In this document: in pieces, positions 53,201 through 64,000 of the stretch
How the letters are laid out: every line of letters begins with the position of its first letter
Numbering within the stretch: the stretch's first letter is position 1
Assembly (NCBI GenBank): GCA_964016885.1
Contig: OZ024741.1
Coordinates: forward strand, 248,000,001 to 248,064,000
Direction of reading: 5' to 3'
Length of the DNA: 64,000 nt
Source of the DNA: Eledone cirrhosa
Lineage: Eukaryota
Program-made: the position numbers and the translations under genes
The notes under the pieces: model-generated
The model's database searches: none
The model's input: only the letters and a program-made list of their open reading frames with translations
What the model was told of the DNA's origin: nothing

Positions 53201-56200
53201 GCTAGAAATTATCTCTCCTTGGACGGCTGAAAATTATCTCCCCTTGGACGGCTGCAAATTATCTTCCCTTGATTTTTTTTATAAATTATCTCCCCCTGAT
53301 TTTTTTTACAAATTATCTCCCCCTGATTTTTTTTACAAATTATCTACCTCTGATTTTTTTTTACAAATTATCTCCCCCTGATTTTTTTTTTACAAATTAT
53401 CTTCCCCTGATTTTTTTACAAATTATCTCCCCCTGATTTTTTTTACAATCTCCGCCTGATTTTTTTAAAAATTATCTTCCCTTGGCTGGCGGGAAATTAT
53501 CTCCCCTTGGACGGCTGGAAATTATCTCCCCTTGGAAGGATGGAAATTATCTCCCCTTGGACGGCTGGAAATTATCTCCCCTTGCACGGCTGGAAATTAT
53601 CTCCCCTTGGCTGGAAATTATCTCCCCTTGGACGGCTAGAAATTATCTCTCTTTGGACGGCTGGAAATTATCACCCCTTGAGTTTTTTACAAATTATCTC
53701 CCCCTGATTTTTTTTACAAATCTCCCAGTGATTTTTTAAAAAAATTATCTCCCCTTGGACGGCTGGAAATTATCTCCCCTTGGACGGCTGGAAATTATCT
53801 CGCCTTGGACGGCTAGAATTTACCTCTCCTTGGACGGCTGAAAATTATCTCCCCTTGGGCGGCTGGAAATTATCTCCCCTTGATTTTTTTTACAAATTAT
53901 CTCCCCCTGATTTTTTTTACAAATTATCTCCCCCTGATTTTTTTTTACAAATTATCTGCCGCTGATTTTTTTTACAAATTATCTCCCCTTGGAGGCTGGA
54001 ATTTATCTCCCCTTGGACGGCTAGAAATTACCTCTCCTTGGACGGCTGAAAATTATCTCCCCTTGGACGGCTGCAAATTATCTCCCCTTGATTTTTTTTA
54101 TAAATTATCTCCCCCTGATTTTTTTTACAAATTATCTCCCCCTGATTTTTTTTACAAATTATCTACCCCTGATTTTTTTTACAAATTATCTCCCCCTGAT
54201 TTTTTTTTACAAATTATCTACCTCTGATTTTTTTTTACAAATTATCTCCCCCTGATTTTTTTTACAATCTCCGCCTGATTTTTTTAAAAATTATCTTCCC
54301 TTGGCTGGCTGGAAATTATCTCCCCTTGGACGGCTGGAAATTATCTCCCCTTGGAAGGATGGAAATTATCTCCCCTTGGACGGCTGGAAATTATCTCCCC
54401 TTGCACGGCTGGAAATTATCTCCCCTTGGCTGGAAATTATCTCCCCTTGGACGGCTAGAAATTATCTCTCTTTGGACGGCTGGAAATTATCACCCCTTGA
54501 GTTTTTTACAAATTATCTCCCCCTGATTTTTTTTACAAATCTCCCAGTGATTTTTTAAAAAAATTATCTCCCCTTGGACGGCTGGAAATTATCTCCCCTT
54601 GGACGGCTGGAAATTATCTCGCCTTGGACGGCTAGAATTTACCTCTCCTTGGACGGCTGAAAATTATCTCCCCTTGGACGGCTGGAAATTATCTCCCCTT
54701 GATTTTTTTTACAAATTATCTCCCTCTGATTTTTTTTACAAATTATCTCCCCCTGATTTTTTTTTACAAATTATCTCCCCCTGATTTTTTTTTACAAATT
54801 ATCTCCCCCTGATTTTTTTTACAAATTATCTCCCCCCTGATTTTTTTACAAATTATCTCCCCTTGGCTGGCTGGAAATTATCTCCCCTTGGAGGCTGGAA
54901 CTTATCTCCCCTTGGACGGCTAGAAATTACCTCTCCTTGGACGGCTGGAAAATATGTCTCCTTGGACGGACGGATATTATCTCCCCTTGGACGGCTGGAA
55001 ATTATCTCCCCTTGGACGGCTGGAAATTATCTCCCCTTGGATGGCTAGATATTACCTCCCCTTGGACGGCTGGTAATTATCTCCCCTTGATTTTTTTTAC
55101 AAATTATCTCCCCCTGATTTTTTTTTACAAATTATCTCCCCCTGATTTTTTTTTAAAAATTATCTCCCCCTGATTTTTGTTTACAAAGTATCTCCGCCTG
55201 ATTTTTTTTTTTAAATTATCTACCCTTGGACGGCTGGAAATTATCTCCCCTTGGACGGCTGGAAATTATATCTCCTTGGACGGCTAGAATTTACCTCTCC
55301 TTGGACGGCTGAAAATTATCTACCCTTGGACGGCTGGAAATTATCTCCCCTTGATTTTTTTTACAAATTATCTCCCCCTGATTTTTTTTTACAAATTATT
55401 TCCCCCTGATTTTTTTTTACAAATTATCTCCCCCTGATTTTTTTTTACAAATTATCTCCCCCTGATTTTTTTACAAATTATCTCCCCTTGGCTGGCTGGA
55501 AATTATCTCCCCTTGGAGGCTGGAACTTATCTCCCCTTGGACGGCTAGAAATTACCTCTCCTTGGACGGCTGGAAAATATGTCTCCTTGGACGGCTGGAT
55601 ATTATCTCCCCTTGGACGGCTGGAAATTATCTCCCCTTGGACGGCTGGAAATTATCTCCCCTTGGATGGCTAGATATTACCTCCCCTTGGACGGCTGGAA
55701 ATTATCTCCCTTTGATTTTTTTTACAAATTATCTCCCCCTGATTTTTTTTTACAAATTATCTCCCCCTGATTTTTTTTTACAAATTAACTCCCCCTGATT
55801 TTTGTTTACAAATTATCTCCGCCTGATTTTTTTTAAAAAATTATCTCCCCTTGGACGGCTGGAAATTATCTCCCCTTGGACGGCTAGAAATTACCTCTCC
55901 TTGGACGGCTGAAAATTATCTCCCCTCGGACGGCGGGAAATTATCTCCCCTTGGACGGCTGGAAATTATCTCCCCTTGGAAGGATGGAAATTATCTCCCC
56001 TTGGACGGCTGGAAATTATCTACCCCTGATTTTTTTTACAAATTATCTCCCCCTGATTTTTTTTACAAATTATCTCCCCCTGATTTTTTTTACAAATTAT
56101 CTACCCCTGATTTTTTTTACAAATTATCTCCCCCTGATTTTTTTTACAAATTATCTCACCCTGATTTTTTTTTTACAAATTATCTCCCCCTGATTTTTTT

Positions 56201-59079
56201 AAATATTATCTTCCCTTGGCTGGCGGGAAATTATCTCCCCTTGGACGGCTGAAAATTATCTCCCCTTGGACGGCTGGAAATTATCTCCCCTTGATTTTTT
56301 TTACAAATTATGTCCCCCTGATTTTTTTTTACAAATTATCTCCCCCTGATTTTTTTTACAAATTATCTCCCCCTGATTTTTTTTTACAAATTATCTCCCC
56401 CTGATTTTTTTACAAATTATCTCCCCCTGATTTTTTTTACAAATTATCTCCGCCTGATTTTTTAAAATATTATCTTCCCTTGGCTGGCGGGAAATTATCT
56501 CCCCTTGGACGGCTGGAAATTATCTGCCCTTGATTTACTTTTTACAAATTATCTTCCACTGATTTTTTTTACAAATTATCTCCACCTGATTTTTTAAAAA
56601 ATTATCTCCCCTTGGAAGGCTGGAAATTATCTCCCCTTGGCTGGAAATTATCTCCCCTTGAACGGCTAGAAATTATCTCTCTTTGGACGGCTGGAAATTA
56701 TCACCCCTTGAGTTTTTTACAAATTATCTCCCCCTGATTTTTTTTACAAATCTCCCAGTGATTTTTAAAAAAAAATTATCTCCCCTTCGCTGGCTGGAAA
56801 TTATCTCCCCTTGGACGCTGGAAATTATAGCCCCTTGGAGGGCTGGAAATTATCTTCCCTTGGACGGCTGGAAATTATCTCCCCTTGATTTTTTTTACAA
56901 ATTATCTCCCCCTGATTTTTTTTTACAAATTATCTCCCCCTGATTTTTTTTTACAACTTATCTGCGCCTGATTTTTTAAAAAAAATTATCTCCCCTTGGA
57001 CGGCTGGAAATTATCTCCCCTTGGACGGCTGGAAATTATCTCCCCTTGGACGGCTGGAAATTATCTCTCCTTGGACGGCTAGAATTTACCTCTCCTTGGA
57101 CGGCTGAAAATTATCTCCCCTTGGACGGCTGGAAATTATCTCCCCTTGATTTTTTTTACAAATTATCTCCCCCTGATTTTTTTTTACGAATTATCTCCCC
57201 CTGATTTTTTTTTACAAATTATCTCCCCCTGATTTTTTTTTACAAATTATCTCCCTCTGATTTTTTACAAATTATCTCCCCTTGGCTGGCTGGAAATTAT
57301 CTCCCCTTGGAGGCTGGAACTTATCCCCCCTTGGACGGCTAGAAATTACCTCTCTTTGGACGGCTGGAAAATATGTCTCCTTGGACGGCTGGATATTATC
57401 TCCCCTTGGACGGCTGGAAATTATCTCCCCTTGATTTTTTTTACAAATTATCTCCCCCTGATTTTTTTTTACAAATTATCTCCCCCGATTTTTTTTTACA
57501 AATTATCTCCCCCTGATTTTTTTTTACAAATTATCTCCCCCTGATTTTTGTTTACAAATTATCTCCCCTTGGACGGCTGGAAATTATCTCCCCTTGGACG
57601 GCTAGAAATTACCTCTCCTTGGACGGCTGAAAATTATCTCCCCTTGGACGGCTGGAAATTATCTCCCCTTGATTTTTTTACAAATTATCTCCCCCTGATT
57701 TTTTTTTTACAAATTATCTCACCCTGATTTTTTTTACAAATTATCTACCCCTGATTTTTTTTTACAAATTATCTCCCCCTGATTTTTTTTACAAATTATC
57801 TCCCACTGATTTTTTTTTTACAAATTATCTCCCCCTGATTTTTTTACAAATTATCTCCCCCTGATTTTTTTTACAAATTATCTCCGCCTGATTTTTTTAA
57901 ATATTATCTCTCCTTGGTTGGCGGGAAATTATCTCCCCTTGGACGGCTGGAAATTATCTCCCCTTGGAAGGATGGAAATTATCTCCCCTTGGACGGCTGG
58001 AAATTATCTACCCCTGATTTTTTTACAAATTATCTCCCCCTGATTTTTTTTACAAATTATCTCCCCCTGATTTTTTTACAAATTATCTCCCCCTGATTTT
58101 TTTTACAAATTATCTCCGCCTGATTTTTTTAAATATTATCTTACCTTGGCTGGCGGGAAATTATCTCCCCTTGGACGGCTGAAAATTATCTCCCCTTGGA
58201 AGGCTGGAAATTATCTCCCCTTGATTTTTTTTACAAATTATCTCCCCCTGATTTTTTTTTACAAATTATCTCCCCCTGATTTTTAAAAAAAAATTATCTC
58301 CCCTTCGCTGGCTGGAAATTATCTCCCCTTGGACGCTGGAAATTATAGCCCCTTGGAGGGCTGGAAATTATCTTCTCTTGGACGGCTGGAAATTATCTCC
58401 CCTTGATTTTTTTTACAAATTATCTCCGCCTGATTTTTTTTTAAAATTATCTCTCCTTGGACGGCTGGAAATTATCTCCCCTTGATTTTTTTTACAAATT
58501 ATCTCCCCCTGATTTTTTTTACAAATTATCTCCCCCTGATTTCTTTTTACAACTTATCTGCGCCTGATTTTTTTTTAAAAATTATCTCCCCTTGGACGGC
58601 TGGAAATTATCTCCCCTTGGACGGCTGGAAATTATCTCTCCTTGGACGGCTAGAATTTACCTCTCCTTGGACGGCTGAAAATTATCTCCCCTTGGACGGC
58701 TGGAAATTACCTCCCCTTGATTTTTTTTACAAATTATCTCCCCCTGATTTTTTTTTACAAATTATCTCCCCCTGATTTTTGTTTACAAATTATCTCCCCT
58801 TGGACGGCTGGAAATTATCTCCCCTTGGACCGCTAGAAATTACCTCTCCTTGGACGGCTGAAAATTATCTCCCCTTGAACGGCTGGAAATTATCTCCCCT
58901 TGATTTTTTTACAAATTATCTCCCCCTGATTTTTTTTTACAAATTATCTCACCCTGATTTTTTTTACAAATTATCTACCCCTGATTTTTTTTCACAAATT
59001 ATCTCCCCCTGATTTTTTTTACAAATTATCTCCCCCTGATTTTTTTTTTACAAATTATCTCCCCCTGATTTTTTTTACA

Positions 59080-62000
59080 AATTATCTCCGCCTGATTTTT
59101 TTAAATATTATCTCTCCTTGGCTGGCGGGAAATTATCTTCCCTTGGACGGCTGGAAATTATCTCCCCTTGGAAGGATGGAAATTATCTCCCCTTGGACGG
59201 CTGGAAATTATCTACCCCTGATTTTTTTTACAAATTATCTCCCCCTGATTTATTTTACAAATTATCTCCCCCTGATTTTTTTTTTTAAAATTATCTCCCC
59301 CTGATTTTTTTACAAATTATCTCCCCCTGATTTTTTTTACAAATTATCTCCGCCTGATTTTTTTAAATATTATCTTACCTTGGCTGGCGGGAAATTATCT
59401 CCCCTTGGACGGCTGAAAATTATCTCCCCTTGGACGGCTGGAAATTATCTCCCCTTGATTTTTTTTACAAATTATCTCCCCCTGATTTTTTTTTACAAAT
59501 TATCTCCGCCTGATTTTTAAAAAAAAATTATCTCCCCTTCGCTGGCTGGAAATTATCTCCCCTTGGACGCTGGAAATTATAGCCCCTTGGAGGGCTGGAA
59601 ATTATCTTCCCTTGGACGGCTGGAAATTATCTCCCCTTGATTTTTTTTACAAATTATCTCCCCCTGATTTTTTTTTACAAATTATCTCCCCCTGATTTTT
59701 TTTTACAAATTATCTCCCCCTGATTTTTTTTTTACAAATTATCTCCGCCTGATTTTTTTAAAAAAATTATCTCCCCTTGGACGGCTGGAAATTATCTCCC
59801 TTTGGACGGCTGGAAATTATCTCCCCTTGGACGGCTAGAAATTATCTCTCCTTGGACGGCTGAAAATTATCTCCCCTTGGACGGCTGCAAATTATCTCCC
59901 CTTGATTTTTTTTACAAATTATCTCCCCCTGATTTTTTTTACAAATTATCTCCCCCTGATTTTTTTTACAAATTATCTACCCCTGATTTTTTTTACAAAT
60001 TATCTCCCCCTGATTTTTTTTTACAAATTATCTCCCTCTGATTTTTTTTTACAAATTATCTCCCCCTGATTTTTTTTTTACAAATTATCTCCCCCTGATT
60101 TTTTTACAAATTATCTCCCCCTGATTTTTTTTACAATCTCCGCCTGATTTTTTTAAAAATTATCTTCCCTTGGCTGGCGGGAAATTATCTCCCCTTGGAC
60201 GGCTGGAAATTATCTCCCCTTGGAAGGATGGAAATTATCTCCCCTTGGACGGCTGGAAATTATCTCCCTTTGATTTTTTTTACAAATTATCTCCCTCTGA
60301 TTTTTTTTACAAATCTCCCCCTGATTTTTTTAAAAAAATTATCTCCCCTTCGCTGGCTGGAAATTATCTCCCCTTGGACACTGGAAATTATAGCCCCTTG
60401 GAGGGCTGGAAATTATCTTCTCTTGGACGGCTGGAAATTATCTCCCCTTGATTTTTTTTACAAATTATCTCCGCCTGATTTTTTTTTAAAATTATCTCTC
60501 CTTGGACGGCTGGAAATTATCTCCCCTTGATTTTTTAAAAAATTATCTCCCCTTGGAAGGCTGGAAATTATCTCCCCTTGGCTGGAAATTATCTCCCCTT
60601 GGACGGCTAGAAATTATCTCTCTTTGGACGGCTGGAAATTATCACCCCTTGAGTTTTTTTACAAATTATCTCCCCCTGATTTTTTTTACAAATCTCCCAG
60701 TGATTTTTTAAAAAAAATTATCTCCCCTTCGCTGGCTGGAAATTATCTCCCCTTGGACGCTGGAAATTATAGCCCCTTGGAGGGCTGGAAATTATCTTCC
60801 CTTGGACGGCTGGAAATTATCTCCCCTTGATTTTTTTTACAAATTATCTCCCCCTGATTTTTTTTTACAAATTATCTCCCCCTGATTTTTTTTTACAACT
60901 TATCTGCGCCTGATTTTTTTAAAAAAATTATCTGCCCTTGGACGGCTGGAAATTATCTCCCCTTGGACGGCTGGAAATTATCTCTCCTTGGACGGCTAGA
61001 ATTTACCTCTCCTTGGACGGCTGAAAATTATCTCCCCTTGGACGGCTGGAAATTACCTCCCCTTGATTTTTTTTACAAATTATCTCCCCCTGATTTTTTT
61101 TTACAAATTATCTCCCCCTGATTTTTTTTTACAAATTATCTCCCCCTGATTTTTTTTTACAAATTATCTCCCCCTGATTTTTTTTACAAATTATCTCCCC
61201 TTGGCTGGCTGGAAATTATCTCCCCTTGGAGGCTGGAACTTATCTCCCCTTGGACGGCTAGAAATTACCTCTCCTTGGACGGCTGGAAAATATGTCTCCT
61301 TGGACGGCTGGAAATTATCTCCCCTTGGACGGCTGGAAATTATCTCCCTTGGACGGCTGGAAATTATCTCCCCTTGGATGGCTAGATATTACCTCCCCTT
61401 GGACGGCTGGAAATTATCTCCCCTTGATTTTTTTTAGAAATTATCTCCCCCTGATTTTTTTTTACAAATTATCTCCCCCTGATTTTTTATTACAAATTAT
61501 CTCCCCCTGATTTTTGTTTACAAATTATCTCCGCCTGATTTTTTTTTTTAAATTATCTCCCCTTGGACGGCTGGAAATTATCTCCCCTTGGACGGCTAGA
61601 AATTACCTCTCCTTGGACGGCTGAAAATTATCTCCACTTGGACGGCTGGAAATTATCTCCCCTTGATTTTTTTACAAATTATCTCCTCCTGATTTTTTTT
61701 TACAAATTATCTACCCCTGATTTTTTTTTACAAATTATCTACCCCTGATTTTTTTTTACAAATTATCTCCCCCTGATTTTTTTTACAAATTATCTCCCCC
61801 TGATTTTTTTTTTACAAATTATCTCCCCCTGATTTTTTTACAAATTATCTCCCCCTGATTTTTTTTACAAATTATCTCCGCCTGATTTTTTTAAATATTA
61901 TCTCTCCTTGGCTGGCGGGAAATTATCTCCCCTTGGACGGCTGGAAATTATCTCCCCTTGGAAGGATGGAAATTATCTCCCCTTGGACGGCTGGAAATTA

Positions 62001-64000
62001 TCTACCCCTGATTTTTTTTACAAATTATCTCCCCCTGATTTTTTTTACAAATTATCTCCCCCTGATTTTTTTTTACAAATTATCTACCCCTGATTTTTTT
62101 TACAAATTATCTCCCCCTGATTTTTTTTACAAATTATCTCCCCCTGATTTTTTTTTTACAAATTATCTCCCCCTGATTTTTTTACAAATTATCTCCCCCT
62201 GATTTTTTTTACAAATAATCTCCCCTTGGAGGCTGGAATTTATCTCCCCTTGGACGGCTAGAAATTACCTCTCCTTGGACGGCTGGAAAATATGTCTCCT
62301 TGGACGGCTGGATATTATCTCCCCTTGGACGGCTGAAAATTATCTCCCCTTGGACGGCTGGAAATTATCTCCCCTTGATTTTTTTTACAAATTATCTCCA
62401 CCTGATTTTTTTTTACAAATTATCTCCCCCTGATTTTTTTTACAAATTATCTCCCCCTGATTTTTTTTTACAAATTATCTGCCGCTGATTTTTTTTACAA
62501 ATTATCTCCCCTTGGAGGCTGGAATTTATCTCCCCTTGGACGGCTAGAAATTACCTCTCCTTGGACGGCTGGAAAATATGTCTCCTTGGACGGCTGGATA
62601 TTATCTCCCCTTGGACGGCTGGAAATTATCTCCCCATGGACGGCTGGAAATTATCTCCCCTTGGACGGCTAGAAATTATCTCTCCTTGGACGGCTGAAAA
62701 TTATCTCCCCTTGGACGGCTGCAAATTATCTTTCCTTGATTTTTTTTATAAATTATCTCCCCCTGACTTTTTTTACAAATTATCTCCCCCTGATTTTTTT
62801 TACAAATTATCTACCTCTGATTTTTTTTTACAAATTATCTCCCCCTGATTTTTTTTTTACAAATTATCTTCCCCTGATTTTTTTACAAATTATCTCCCCC
62901 TGATTTTTTTTACAATCTCCGCCTGATTTTTTTAAAAATTATCTTCCCTTGGCTGGCGGGAAATTATCTCCCCTTGGACGGCTGGAAATTATCTCCCCTT
63001 GGAAGGATGGAAATTATCTCCCCTTGGACGGCTGGAAATTATCTCCCCTTGCACGGCTGGAAATTATCTCCCCTTGGCTGGAAATTATCTCCCCTTGGAC
63101 GGCTAGAAATTATCTCTCTTTGGACGGCTGGAAATTATCACCCCTTGAGTTTTTTACAAATTATCTCCCCCTGATTTTTTTTACAAATCTCCCAGTGATT
63201 TTTTAAAAAAATTATCTCCCCTTGGACGGCTGGAAATTATCTCCCCTTGGACGGCTGGAAATTATCTCGCCTTGGACGGCTAGAATTTACCTCTCCTTGG
63301 ACGGCTGAAAATTATCTCCCCTTGGGCGGCTGGAAATTATCTCCCCTTGATTTTTTTTACAAATTATCTCCCCCTGATTTTTTTTACAAATTATCTCCCC
63401 CTGATTTTTTTTTACAAATTATCTGCCGCTGATTTTTTTTACAAATTATCTCCCCTTGGAGGCTGGAATTTATCTCCCCTTGGACGGCTAGAAATTACCT
63501 CTCCTTGGACGGCTGAAAATTATCTCCCCTTGGACGGCTGCAAATTATCTCCCCTTGATTTTTTTTATAAATTATCTCCCCCTGATTTTTTTTACAAATT
63601 ATCTCCCCCTGATTTTTTTTACAAATTATCTACCCCTGATTTTTTTTACAAATTATCTCCCCCTGATTTTTTTTTACAAATTATCTACCTCTGATTTTTT
63701 TTTACAAATTATCTCCCCCTGATTTTTTTTACAATCTCCGCCTGATTTTTTTAAAAATTATCTTCCCTTGGCTGGCTGGAAATTATCTCCCCTTGGACGG
63801 CTGGAAATTATCTCCCCTTGGAAGGATGGAAATTATCTCCCCTTGGACGGCTGGAAATTATCTCCCCTTGCACGGCTGGAAATTATCTCCCCTTGGCTGG
63901 AAATTATCTCCCCTTGGACGGCTAGAAATTATCTCTCTTTGGACGGCTGGAAATTATCACCCCTTGAGTTTTTTACAAATTATCTCCCCCTGATTTTTTT
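59080..64000 (+). repeat. Dispersed copy of about 49640-54533 (offset 9,438-9,467), running off the window end
   Basis: ORF pairs 50364/59802, 51734/61201, 52441/61908, 53094/62561 and 54326/63793. Private variants are shared at 52750/62217 and 52933/62400. Confidence 0.9.

Larger units (their letters stand above)
1..64000 (+). repeat. Composite satellite DNA array of two 25-29 bp monomers sharing the head AAATTATCTCCCCYTG; roughly 2,400 monomers (64,000 / ~26.5 bp), single orientation, open at both window ends
   Basis: The core AAATTATCTCCCC or a close variant recurs every 21-29 bp from first to last base. I saw no reverse-complement copy (GGGGAGATAATTT) on the + strand and no non-repeat insert. 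Confidence 0.99.

Noticed and set aside
393-63993. Numerous short + strand ORFs (WKLSPLGRLEIISPWTAGNYLPLDG and FFYKLSPPD repeats), the longest 208 aa at 25139-25765
   Set aside because: They are translations of the satellite. Consensus monomer A has no stop codon in any + frame, and its 25-bp period cycles through all three frames. Most starts are TTG from CCTTGG, the ORFs overlap in different frames, and T-tract indels shift frame freely. The minus strand has TAA in nearly every monomer, which explains the absence of minus ORFs.
1-64000. CRISPR-like repeat/spacer appearance (constant head plus variable tail)
   Set aside because: The 'spacers' are only 9-13 bp and of two recurring types rather than unique. 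The constant part is 16 bp, and there is no leader or cas gene.
1-64000. Telomeric repeat, suggested by the C-rich and G-rich strand asymmetry
   Set aside because: There is no short canonical telomere unit. Two monomer types with inherited SNP patterns and kb-scale duplications indicate recombinational amplification rather than telomerase templating. A subtelomeric location is not excluded.
1-64000. G-quadruplex or i-motif potential from C4-C5 tracts in each monomer
   Set aside because: The tracts are separated by about 21-24 nt, far longer than canonical loops, and the GG doublets in A would allow only weak two-tier structures. This is not supportable without experiment.
1-64000. Sequencing or assembly artefact, or a synthetic concatemer, as the origin of the whole array
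   Set aside because: Hierarchically shared SNPs, position-specific T-tract lengths and spatial variant domains indicate an evolved array. The copy number of individual near-identical blocks still needs read support.
1-64000. Embedded transposon, inversion or unique island
   Set aside because: None was seen on reading through. Every segment parses into A or B monomers in the same orientation.
1-64000. Assignment as a functional centromere or to a named satellite family or species
   Set aside because: I recognised no diagnostic motif such as a CENP-B box and could not run a database search. Centromere function cannot be inferred from sequence alone.

Overview
The whole 64 kb window is one uninterrupted, head-to-tail satellite-type tandem array. 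I found no credible gene, RNA gene, transposon or unique sequence. It is built from two short monomers that share a 16-bp head, AAATTATCTCCCCYTG. Monomer A adds the tail GACGGCTGG (25 bp, 52% GC). Monomer B adds A(T)7-10AC (26-29 bp, about 30% GC). Runs of A (mostly 3-9 units) alternate with runs of B (mostly 2-11 units). The runs form a small vocabulary of variant-marked modules, which are shuffled into kb-scale higher-order repeats. These include near-perfect tandem duplications of 5,203 bp and 3,548 bp, dispersed copies at offsets of 9,692, 4,681 and 9,467 bp, and a roughly 6.6-6.9 kb super-unit in the right half. Diagnostic variants split the array into a left domain (to about 23 kb) and a right domain (from about 26 kb). 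All listed ORFs are artefacts of translating the repeat. The architecture resembles eukaryotic (peri)centromeric or heterochromatic satellite, but I cannot identify the organism or family, and no function can be shown from sequence alone. All alignments were made by eye and from ORF-track offsets, so boundaries are approximate.
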